Shown in pieces: positions 36,405 through 43,356 of a stretch of 43,356 bases of DNA. Numbering within the stretch: position 1 is the stretch's first letter; each line of letters starts with the position of its first letter. The stretch lies in NCBI GenBank assembly GCA_964409665.1, contig CAYPEE010000001.1, positions 16,844-60,199 of the forward strand, given 5' to 3'. Below the pieces are notes generated by a model. That model did not search any database and had not been told where the DNA came from. It saw only the letters and a list, made by a program, of their open reading frames with translations. This DNA comes from an uncultured Oscillospiraceae bacterium (GTDB taxonomy: Bacteria; Bacillota; Clostridia; Oscillospirales; Oscillospiraceae). A program made the translations under genes and the position numbers.

Positions 36405-36446
36405 GCCCCCACCCTTGCCGGCATGGCATGGGCGGGGGCCTTTTTT
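36405..36446 (+). terminator. Intrinsic terminator just upstream of the transposase
   Basis: gcccccaccc...gggcgggggc imperfect GC stem followed by T6. Confidence 0.6.
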
Positions 36447-36465
36447 ATTCTAAGGGGGATTCACA

Positions 36466-37521
36466 ATGAAGAAGCGCAGATTTAGACATCTGACCTGGAA
36501 CGACCGTCTTCGGATCGAAACCGGCCTGAAGCATGGCCTGAAGGTCCAGGAAATCGCCGACGAAATCGGCGTCCACCGGAACACGATATACAACGAACTG
36601 AAGCGGGGCCGTTATATCCACCGGAACAGCGACTGGACCGAAGAAGAACGATACAGTCCCGACATAGCCCAGGCCGCCTATGAAGAACACCTGGCCGCGA
36701 AGGGTCCCGGCCTGAAGATCGGGAAGGACCACCGTCTGGCGGAACACATCGAACGCCGGATCGTCGAAGGCGGCTATTCCCCGGCCGCCGTCCTGGGGGA
36801 AATCAAGGTCAAGGGCCTTCAGTTCGACACGTCGATTTGTGAAGCGACCCTGTATTCCTACATAAAGAAGGGGATATTCCTGAACCTGGAAAGTTCGAAC
36901 CTTCCCAGGGGCGGCCGGAAGAAGCGCGGCTATAAGCGCGTCAGGAAGACGGCCGCCAGGGCCGCCGCCGGCGACAGCATTGAAAACCGGCCGGCCGAAG
37001 TCCTGGATCGCGCCGTCGTCGGGAACTGGGAAATGGACTGTGTCGTCGGGAAGAAGAAGACGAAGGACGCCCTTCTGGTCCTGTCGGAGCGGAAGGCCCG
37101 GAAGGAAATAATCATCAAGATCAAGGACAAGACCGCCGACAGCGTGGTCGCCGCCCTGGACCGGCTGGAACGCCGCTTCGGCGCGGTCTTCTATACCATG
37201 TTCCAGACGATCACCGTCGACAACGGGTCGGAGTTTTCCGACCCCGAAGGAATGGAACGGTCCTGTCGCCGGAAGGGGCGCCGGACGAAGATATACTACT
37301 GTCACCCGTATTCTTCCTTCGAACGCGGGACGAATGAGAATATAAACGGCATGATCCGCCGCTGGCTTCCGAAGGGGACCGACTTCGGCGCGATCCCGGC
37401 GAAGGCGATCCAGGCCGTCGAAGACTGGCTGAACAACTACCCGCGCGAAATCCTGGGCTTCCGAACGGCCGACGAAGTCTTCGCCGAAGGTCTGGCGGCC
37501 CTGTCCTGTCCAGGACTATAA
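36466..37521 (+). CDS. IS30-family DDE transposase (candidate prophage integrase)
   Basis: HTH (EIADEIGVHRNTIYNELKRG), SIENRP, GNWEMDCV, TITVDNGSEF, HPYSSFERGTNENINGMIRR.LPKG, NNYPR.ILGF. Confidence 0.93.
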   Translation: MKKRRFRHLTWNDRLRIETGLKHGLKVQEIADEIGVHRNTIYNELKRGRYIHRNSDWTEEERYSPDIAQAAYEEHLAAKGPGLKIGKDHRLAEHIERRIVEGGYSPAAVLGEIKVKGLQFDTSICEATLYSYIKKGIFLNLESSNLPRGGRKKRGYKRVRKTAARAAAGDSIENRPAEVLDRAVVGNWEMDCVVGKKKTKDALLVLSERKARKEIIIKIKDKTADSVVAALDRLERRFGAVFYTMFQTITVDNGSEFSDPEGMERSCRRKGRRTKIYYCHPYSSFERGTNENINGMIRRWLPKGTDFGAIPAKAIQAVEDWLNNYPREILGFRTADEVFAEGLAALSCPGL

Positions 37522-37559
37522 AAAAATTTCTGAAACTTTACAATTTAATCTTGACTTTT

Positions 37560-37577
37560 GCGAAATTTTAAGGCTGA
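37560..37577 (+). repeat. Right 18-bp direct repeat (attR core or long target-site duplication)
   Basis: GCGAAATTTTAAGGCTGA, identical to 15405-15422. Confidence 0.9.
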
Positions 37578-37591
37578 AATCAGATCGGGAC

Positions 37592-37628
37592 GGCAAAGAG
37601 GCGCGGCTGTTCACCGCGCCTCTTTGCC
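37592..37628. other. Perfect 15-bp inverted repeat over the desulfurase stop codon
   Basis: ggcaaagaggcgcgg-ctgttca-ccgcgcctctttgcc; no clear U-tract. Confidence 0.6.
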
Positions 37629-38741
37629 CTGTAATACGATCTGCCTGAAAATTTCCGCCGCCCGGTCGGTCTCCTGGGCGGTATTGAACGCCGAAAAGCT
37701 GAACCGGACGGTGCCGCTCTCCTCCGTCCCCGCCGTGCGGTGGGCCAGGGGCGAGCAGTGGAGCCCCGTTCGGACGGCCACCCCGCGCTTTGCCAGAGCT
37801 GCGCCAACATCCTCGCAGTCCATGCGCTCCACGGTGACGGAGAACACCCCGCTCTGGCCCGCGCCCCGGTATACGGTGACGCCGGGAATCCCGGCCAGCC
37901 GGTCCATCATCCGCCCGGCCAGCCTGACCTCATGGGCGCGGATGCGGGATATGCCCCTCTCTCTGACGAAGCGCATCCCCGCCAGCAGGCCGGCGGCGCC
38001 GCACACGTTCTGGGTGCCCGCCTCCAGCCGGTCGGGGAGAAAATCGGGCATCTCCTGGAGCCGGGACTGGCTGCCCGTGCCCCCGTACAGGATGGGATCC
38101 GCCGGACCCCCGCAGAGCAGCAGGCCGGTGCCCTGGGGGCCGTACAGTCCCTTGTGTCCCGGCATGGCCACAAAGGCGGCCCCCCAGCGGTCCAGATCCA
38201 CTGGCAGCACGCCTGCGGACTGGGAAGCGTCCACGATCAGCGGCACATTCCGCTCTTTGCACAGGGCGGCGATCCGCTCCACCGGCTGAATAAAGCCGAA
38301 CACGTTGGAAACGTGGTTGCAGATGACAAGATCCACCTCCGGGGTCAGTTCCCGGCGGAACGCCTCATAGACGCCGTCCGCGTCGAACAGGGGACCGGCG
38401 GCAATTTTGACGTTCACATCCGGCCGGGCGCACAGAGGCCGGGTGACGGCGTTGTGCTCGTAGCCCGAGATCAAAACGGTGCTCCCCCGCCGCGCCAGCG
38501 AGTGGATGGCAAGGTTCAGACCGTGGGTGGCGCTGGAGGTCAGGACCACCTGCTCCGGGCAGCCAACGCCAAAGAGTTCCGCCGCCAGTTCCCGGCAGCG
38601 GTACATGGCGTCTGCGGCCAGGGCGCTGGCCGGATGGCCGCCCCGGCCGGGGCTGGCCATGTGCGTCATAGCCCAGGCGGCGGCGGCCGGGACGCTCCGG
38701 GGTTTCTGCAGGGTGGTGGCCGCGCTGTCCAGATAGATCAT
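37611..38741 (-). CDS. Cysteine desulfurase-like class V aminotransferase
   Basis: MIYLDSAATT, EHNAV, HVSNV, DASQSAG, PGHKGLYGPQGTG, EAGT, RTGLHCSP. Confidence 0.9.
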   Translation of the reverse strand: MIYLDSAATTLQKPRSVPAAAAWAMTHMASPGRGGHPASALAADAMYRCRELAAELFGVGCPEQVVLTSSATHGLNLAIHSLARRGSTVLISGYEHNAVTRPLCARPDVNVKIAAGPLFDADGVYEAFRRELTPEVDLVICNHVSNVFGFIQPVERIAALCKERNVPLIVDASQSAGVLPVDLDRWGAAFVAMPGHKGLYGPQGTGLLLCGGPADPILYGGTGSQSRLQEMPDFLPDRLEAGTQNVCGAAGLLAGMRFVRERGISRIRAHEVRLAGRMMDRLAGIPGVTVYRGAGQSGVFSVTVERMDCEDVGAALAKRGVAVRTGLHCSPLAHRTAGTEESGTVRFSFSAFNTAQETDRAAEIFRQIVLQGKEAR

Positions 38742-38992
38742 GCGGGCACCTCGCTGTATACCCCTTCCGCCGACTGGAGGAACACCTGCCGGGGCGGCAT
38801 TCCCTCCCGGCGGAGGACCATCAGCGCGTCGGTGAGCTTTCGCTCGGTCACGCGGACGCAGTAGCCGCAGCCCTCCCTGGAGATCACCTTTGGGGCGCGG
38901 ATCACAGAGCCGGCGATGCCCGCCCTCTCCAGCAGATGGGCGGTGCGCTGCGCGTGGGTCAGCGAGCGGCAGACGATCAAATAGTAAACCAT
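38738..38992 (-). CDS. DUF3343-like small protein (putative S/Se carrier)
   Basis: SLTHAQR...P..IS..GCGYCVR; next to desulfurase. Confidence 0.7.
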   Translation of the reverse strand: MVYYLIVCRSLTHAQRTAHLLERAGIAGSVIRAPKVISREGCGYCVRVTERKLTDALMVLRREGMPPRQVFLQSAEGVYSEVPA

Positions 38993-39081
38993 CGGCCCAT
39001 CATTCCTTTCCTGGATCGAGGGGCGCGAAAACGCTCCTCACAGGGCATTGTATGCCCTGCGCGGAGCGTTGGTGCGCGTGT

Positions 39082-39558
39082 TCACTTCTCCCCGATGAGG
39101 GCCACCGCATGGGCGGCGACGCCCTCCCCCGCGCCGGTAAAGCCCAAACCCTCCTCGGTGGTGGCTTTAACATTCACCCGACCGGCGGGGACGCCCATGA
39201 CAGACGCCAGTTTCTCCCGCATCTCCGGGAGGTAGGGGGACAGTTTGGGCCGCTGGGCGATGATCGTGGCGTCCACGTTGCCCACCCCATAGCCCTGATC
39301 GCCCAGCATCTCCATCACCCGCTCCAGCAGGATCAGGCTGGAGATGCCCTCATAGGCCGGATCGCTGTCCGGAAAGGCGTGGCCGATGTCCCGCAGGCCC
39401 GCCGCCCCCAGCAGGGCGTCCATGACCGCGTGGGTGAGTACGTCCGCGTCGGAATGACCCAGCAGGCCCAGTTCCCAGGGGATCTCCACCCCGCCCAAAA
39501 TCAGCTTGCGCCCCGGCGCCAGCCGGTGTACGTCATATCCGTGTCCGACGCGCGTCAT
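39082..39558 (-). CDS. ispF: 2-C-methyl-D-erythritol 2,4-cyclodiphosphate synthase
   Basis: [33 protein letters not shown]; start ATG 39558. Confidence 0.95.
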   Translation of the reverse strand: MTRVGHGYDVHRLAPGRKLILGGVEIPWELGLLGHSDADVLTHAVMDALLGAAGLRDIGHAFPDSDPAYEGISSLILLERVMEMLGDQGYGVGNVDATIIAQRPKLSPYLPEMREKLASVMGVPAGRVNVKATTEEGLGFTGAGEGVAAHAVALIGEK

Positions 39559-40283
39559 TGGGCATATTCCTCCATCAGCGTTTTGGCCACCGCCAGGTCC
39601 ACGGGGGTGGTGAGCTTGATGTTCCGTTCGTCGCCGGGGACCAGGGCCACTTTCATGCCCAGCCGCTCCACGGCGGCGCAGTCGTCGGTGAGTTCCGCCC
39701 CGTCGTCGATGGCCTTCTGCAGGGCGGCCCGGATCAGATCCCCGTCGAACACCTGGGGGGTCTGGATGGCCCACAGAGTGTCGCGGTCCAGGGTCTCGGC
39801 CACAAAGCCGTCCTCCCCCACCCGCTTGACGGTGTCCTTCACCGGCAGGGCCGGGGCCGCCGCGCCGCCGACGGCCGCCTGGGCCACCGCGTCCTCGATG
39901 ACGTCCACGGTGACAAAGGGCCGCGCCCCGTCGTGGACGGCGATGAGTTTGGCCTTGTGTTTGACCTCCAGGGTGCCCAGCCGGGCGGAGCGTGTGCGGG
40001 TGTCGCCCCCCCGGACGATCTTTGTCACCTTGGTCAGGCCGGCCTCTCTGCAGAGCCGGGCCGCCGCGCCCAGGGCCTCCTCCCGGACCACCACCACGAT
40101 CTCCTCGACGGAGGGGGCGGCCTCAAAGGTCCGCAGACAGCGGATCAGGGCGGGCTCGCCGCCCACGTCGGTAAAGATCTTGTCAAATCCCATCCGCGTG
40201 GAGCCGCCCGCCGCCACCACCACGGCGGAGCACTGGATCGGGGATTTTTTGCCCGTCAGCTTTTGCAGCAGTTGTCTCACCAT
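39555..40283 (-). CDS. ispD: 2-C-methyl-D-erythritol 4-phosphate cytidylyltransferase
   Basis: [32 protein letters not shown]. Confidence 0.93.
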   Translation of the reverse strand: MVRQLLQKLTGKKSPIQCSAVVVAAGGSTRMGFDKIFTDVGGEPALIRCLRTFEAAPSVEEIVVVVREEALGAAARLCREAGLTKVTKIVRGGDTRTRSARLGTLEVKHKAKLIAVHDGARPFVTVDVIEDAVAQAAVGGAAAPALPVKDTVKRVGEDGFVAETLDRDTLWAIQTPQVFDGDLIRAALQKAIDDGAELTDDCAAVERLGMKVALVPGDERNIKLTTPVDLAVAKTLMEEYAQ

Positions 40284-40335
40284 CTCACAGTCCTCCTTAC
40301 GCGAAAAAGGAGCCCTCCCGGCTCCTTCCGCTCGA

Positions 40336-40815
40336 TCACTGGCGCAACGCGCTGTCCACATTGGCCTCCACCGTCTCATACGGCAAACTCTGAGCCAGGA
40401 CCAGCTCAGAGATGAGGATCTGTTTCGCCAAATGGAGCATCTTCCGCTCCCCGTTGGACAAACCGCGCTGGCTCTCGCGGGCCATCAGGCCCTTGATCAC
40501 CTTGGCGACCTCCAAAAGGTCTCCGCTCTTCAGCCGCACCATGTTTTCACGGTAACGGCGGTTCCAATTCTGCGTCATATCCACCTCAAGATGTTTCATG
40601 GCGCTGAGAATGTCCTCCGCCTGCTCCACCGTCACCACCGGCCTGACGCCGATCTCCTCGGTGCTGCCGGTCGGGATCATGACCATCATGCTTCCGGCGG
40701 ACAGCTTCAGCAGATAGTAGTCCTGGGTCTGCCCGGCCACCTTGCGCTGGACGATGGAATCGATGATCCCGGCTCCATGCATGGGATGGACCACCTTATC
40801 CCCGACCTGATACAC
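40336..40815 (-). CDS. carD: CarD-family transcriptional regulator
   Basis: VGDKVVHPMHGAG...WNRRYREN...ERKML..AKQIL.SEL. Confidence 0.92.
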   Translation of the reverse strand: MYQVGDKVVHPMHGAGIIDSIVQRKVAGQTQDYYLLKLSAGSMMVMIPTGSTEEIGVRPVVTVEQAEDILSAMKHLEVDMTQNWNRRYRENMVRLKSGDLLEVAKVIKGLMARESQRGLSNGERKMLHLAKQILISELVLAQSLPYETVEANVDSALRQ

Positions 40816-40884
40816 GCCATCGCCTCCTTTTTCAGGCCCGCGCGGACGGTCGGCGGGTCAAACGTGTATAAAAGTCCAAACTGT

Positions 40885-40913
40885 AGTATACACGATTATG
40901 AGACAGTTTGCAA
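40885..40913 (-). promoter_or_regulatory. sigma-A promoter of carD-ispDF
   Basis: Minus strand TTGCAA-N17-TATACT in AT-rich gap. Confidence 0.55.
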
Positions 40914-41038
40914 GTATTTTTTACAGATTTGTCAGCATTTATGAGATCCCCGCAGGATTTCCCATGATTTTGATTTGTCCAGCGGCGTCCTGTCGCTGAC
41001 AAAAACCGCCGCGAGGGCCCTCCCGCCGGGGAAGGCCC

Positions 41039-41791
41039 TCAGATCACATGGTTAACCAGCACGCCCACGCCCTCGATGTCCACCTCGACGGTGTCGCCGG
41101 GTACCATGGGGCCGATGCCCGCCGGGGTGCCGGTGGCGACGACGTCCCCCGGCTCCAGGGTCATGGAGGCGGTGATGAATTCGATTATCCCAGGCACATC
41201 AGTGATAAAATCGGCGGTGCTGCCCCGCTGGACGGTCTTACCGTTGAGGCGGGTCTCCACCTTCAGGCGGGCGGGGTCCACCTCGTCTGTGACCCATGGG
41301 CCCACGGGGCAGAAACCGTCCATGGACTTGCCGCGGGTCCACTGGCCGTCGTGCTGCTGCACGTCCCGGGCGGTGACATCGTTCAGGCAGGTGTAACCCA
41401 GCACATAGTCCGCAAAGTCTTTTGCCTTTACTTCCTTCGCCCGGCGCCTGATGACCACCGCCAGTTCTCCCTCGTAGTCCAGCCGTTGGACGAAGGAGGG
41501 CGCGTGGAGGGCCCCCTCCTGCCGGTTAAGCGTGTTGGGCCCCTTGAGAAACAGTACCGGGAACCCGGGGGGCTCGGCGCCCAGTTCCCGGGCATGGTCG
41601 GCGTAGTTCTTGCCCACGCAGACAATCTTGCTGGGCTGACAGGGGGCCATCAGTTTGCAGCCGCTCAGAGACAGGCCGCCGCCATCGTATTCGATCCCAT
41701 CATAGGGGGCCTTTTTCAAGGTGAGGACGTCCTCCCCCTTCACCACGCCCCAGACCGGACCGCCCGGCCGGTCAACGCGTACATATTTCAC
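41039..41791 (-). CDS. Fumarylacetoacetate hydrolase family protein
   Basis: KIVCVGKNYADH, DYEGEL, NDVTARD, TGTPAG. Confidence 0.92.
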   Translation of the reverse strand: MKYVRVDRPGGPVWGVVKGEDVLTLKKAPYDGIEYDGGGLSLSGCKLMAPCQPSKIVCVGKNYADHARELGAEPPGFPVLFLKGPNTLNRQEGALHAPSFVQRLDYEGELAVVIRRRAKEVKAKDFADYVLGYTCLNDVTARDVQQHDGQWTRGKSMDGFCPVGPWVTDEVDPARLKVETRLNGKTVQRGSTADFITDVPGIIEFITASMTLEPGDVVATGTPAGIGPMVPGDTVEVDIEGVGVLVNHVI

Positions 41792-42387
41792 AGCGTTCCC
41801 TCCACATAGTTCGAGATCAGGCCCAGCAGTCGGTCCCGGCCCTCCCCCTTTTCGGCGGAAAAGGGAATCAGGGGAACCCGCTCCGGCAGTTCCAGCGTCT
41901 CCCGAATGAGGGCCAGATTCTCCTCGACCTGGCGTTTCTTCAGCTTATCCAGCTTATTGGCCACCGCCACATAGGGCTGGCCGGCGCCCAAAAACAGATC
42001 GGACATGGTGCGGTCGTCGGCGGTGGGCCTGTGGCGGGAATCCACCACTAAGACGCCCAGGGCCATCCTCCCCGCGTCCGCGAACCACCGCTCCACAAGC
42101 CTGCCCCAGCGGTCACGCTCCGCTTTTGAGACCTGCGCGTAGCCGTAGCCCGGCAGGTCCACCAGGTACAGTTTGCCGTCAACGCGGAAGTAATGGATCT
42201 GGGTGGTCTTGCCGGGGGCCGCCCCCACCCGGGCGAAATTCTTTCGGTTCAGCAGCCGGTTGATGACCGACGACTTGCCCACATTGGACCGCCCCGCGAA
42301 CACCGCCTGGGGCAGAGCGTCCCGGATGAAATCGGCGGGCCCTGCCGCCGAGCGGACAAACTCCGCCCTGTTCCAATTCACCGCCAT
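41788..42387 (-). CDS. engB: Ribosome biogenesis GTPase YihA/YsxC (EngB)
   Basis: GRSNVGKSS, PGKT, DLPGYGY, NKLD; lon-engB synteny. Confidence 0.94.
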   Translation of the reverse strand: MAVNWNRAEFVRSAAGPADFIRDALPQAVFAGRSNVGKSSVINRLLNRKNFARVGAAPGKTTQIHYFRVDGKLYLVDLPGYGYAQVSKAERDRWGRLVERWFADAGRMALGVLVVDSRHRPTADDRTMSDLFLGAGQPYVAVANKLDKLKKRQVEENLALIRETLELPERVPLIPFSAEKGEGRDRLLGLISNYVEGTL

Positions 42388-42394
42388 AGGGACC

Positions 42395-43356
42395 TCACTG
42401 GCACAGGCCGATGGGGTTAACGGCGGAATGGGGCGGATCCGTCACGGCGGCGGCCTGGGACATCGGGGCGGCGGCCTTGCCGGTCAGGGCCTCCGCCAGC
42501 GCCTCATCCGCCCGGCGGATGGGCACAAACTTCAGCGCCGCCCGAACGGTCTGGTCGATCTCGTCCAGATCCTTCACATTGTCGGCGGGGATCAGCACGG
42601 TGGCGATGCGATTGCGGAGGGCGGCCATGGTCTTCTCCCGCAGGCCGCCGATGGCCAGCACCCGGCCCCGGAGGGTGATCTCCCCCGTCATAGCCACGTC
42701 CCGCCGGACGGGCGTGCCCGTCAAAGCGGACACCATGGCGGTGGCAATGGCCACGCCGGCGGAGGGGCCGTCCTTGGGCACCGCGCCCTCTGGAAAGTGA
42801 ACGTGGATGTCCCTGGTCCTGTAGAAGTCCTCCTCCACCCCCAGGCGGTCCGCGTGGCCCCGGATGAAGGACAGGGCAGCCTGGGCGGACTCCTTCATCA
42901 CGTCCCCCAGATTGCCGGTGAGGTGGATCTTGCCGCTGCCGGGGACCACGTTGGCCTCCACTTCCAAGATCTCCCCGCCGACCGAGGTCCAGGCCAGGCC
43001 GTTGACCACGCCCACCAGGGGCTCCCGCTCCGAAAGCTCATCCTGATAGCGCCGGGGGCCCAGCATCTCCCGCAGATCGGCCTCCGCAACGGCGACCCGT
43101 TTCTCCCCGTCCCGGACGATACGCACCGCCGCCTTCCGGCACAGGGCGGCCAGCTGCCGCTCCAGCAGGCGCACGCCGGATTCCCGGGTGTAGCCGGTGA
43201 TGATGGCGAGAAGCGCCTCGTCGGTGATCCGCAGCTGGGCTCTGGTCAGGCCGTGGCGCTTGATCTCCCGGGGCAGCAGATGCCGTTTGGCGATCTCAAG
43301 TTTCTCCCGGTCGGTGTAACTGGGCAGTTCGATGACCTCCATCCGGTCCAGCAGAG
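42395..43356 (-). CDS. lon: Lon protease, C-terminal part (5' end outside window)
   Basis: GLAWT, TGNLGDVMKESA, PKDGPSAG, AMTGEITLRGRVLAIGGLREK. Confidence 0.95.
   Translation of the reverse strand, partial: LLDRMEVIELPSYTDREKLEIAKRHLLPREIKRHGLTRAQLRITDEALLAIITGYTRESGVRLLERQLAALCRKAAVRIVRDGEKRVAVAEADLREMLGPRRYQDELSEREPLVGVVNGLAWTSVGGEILEVEANVVPGSGKIHLTGNLGDVMKESAQAALSFIRGHADRLGVEEDFYRTRDIHVHFPEGAVPKDGPSAGVAIATAMVSALTGTPVRRDVAMTGEITLRGRVLAIGGLREKTMAALRNRIATVLIPADNVKDLDEIDQTVRAALKFVPIRRADEALAEALTGKAAAPMSQAAAVTDPPHSAVNPIGLCQ

Larger units (their letters stand above)
15405..37577 (+). mobile_element. Defective prophage (~22.2 kb) with IS30-family transposase, DGR, and PBSX/Xkd-like baseplate genes
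   Basis: Exact 18-bp flanking repeats; switch of coding strand and codon usage; replication, baseplate, lysis and immunity modules. Confidence 0.92.

Noticed and set aside
17261-37305. Long minus-strand ORFs within the prophage (e.g. 19543-20661, 22217-23254, 32990-34027, 36445-37305)
   Set aside because: Shadows of plus-strand phage genes; only 35037-35693 has independent support.
37558-40944. Long plus-strand ORFs 37558-38289, 37740-38864 and 38890-40944
   Set aside because: Antisense shadows of the desulfurase, ispF, ispD and carD genes.

Overview
High-GC Clostridia-like (probably Oscillospiraceae; inference from gene content) chromosome segment. Housekeeping genes on the minus strand form two blocks: lon-engB-FAH-carD-ispD-ispF-DUF3343-desulfurase, and cdaA-cdaR-DUF5685-DnaJ-yicC-remA-gmk-rpoZ-priA-def-fmt-rsmB-rlmN-stp-prkC. 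Between them sits a 22.2-kb prophage (15405-37577) bounded by an exact 18-bp direct repeat. The prophage has no tyrosine or serine integrase; it ends in an IS30-family DDE transposase and begins with a stand-alone paralogue of that transposase's HTH domain. It carries a complete diversity-generating retroelement (avd, TR, RT). One 105-bp template matches two variable regions with adenine-only mismatches: VR1 lies inside the adjacent 568-aa tail/receptor-binding-like protein, and VR2 lies ~8 kb upstream inside a 236-aa protein of the replication module. The packaging, head and tail-shaft genes are missing, with a visible deletion junction at ~24495 that leaves half of a LysM (XkdP-like) gene. 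All calls are from motif recognition and manual alignment; no database searches were run.
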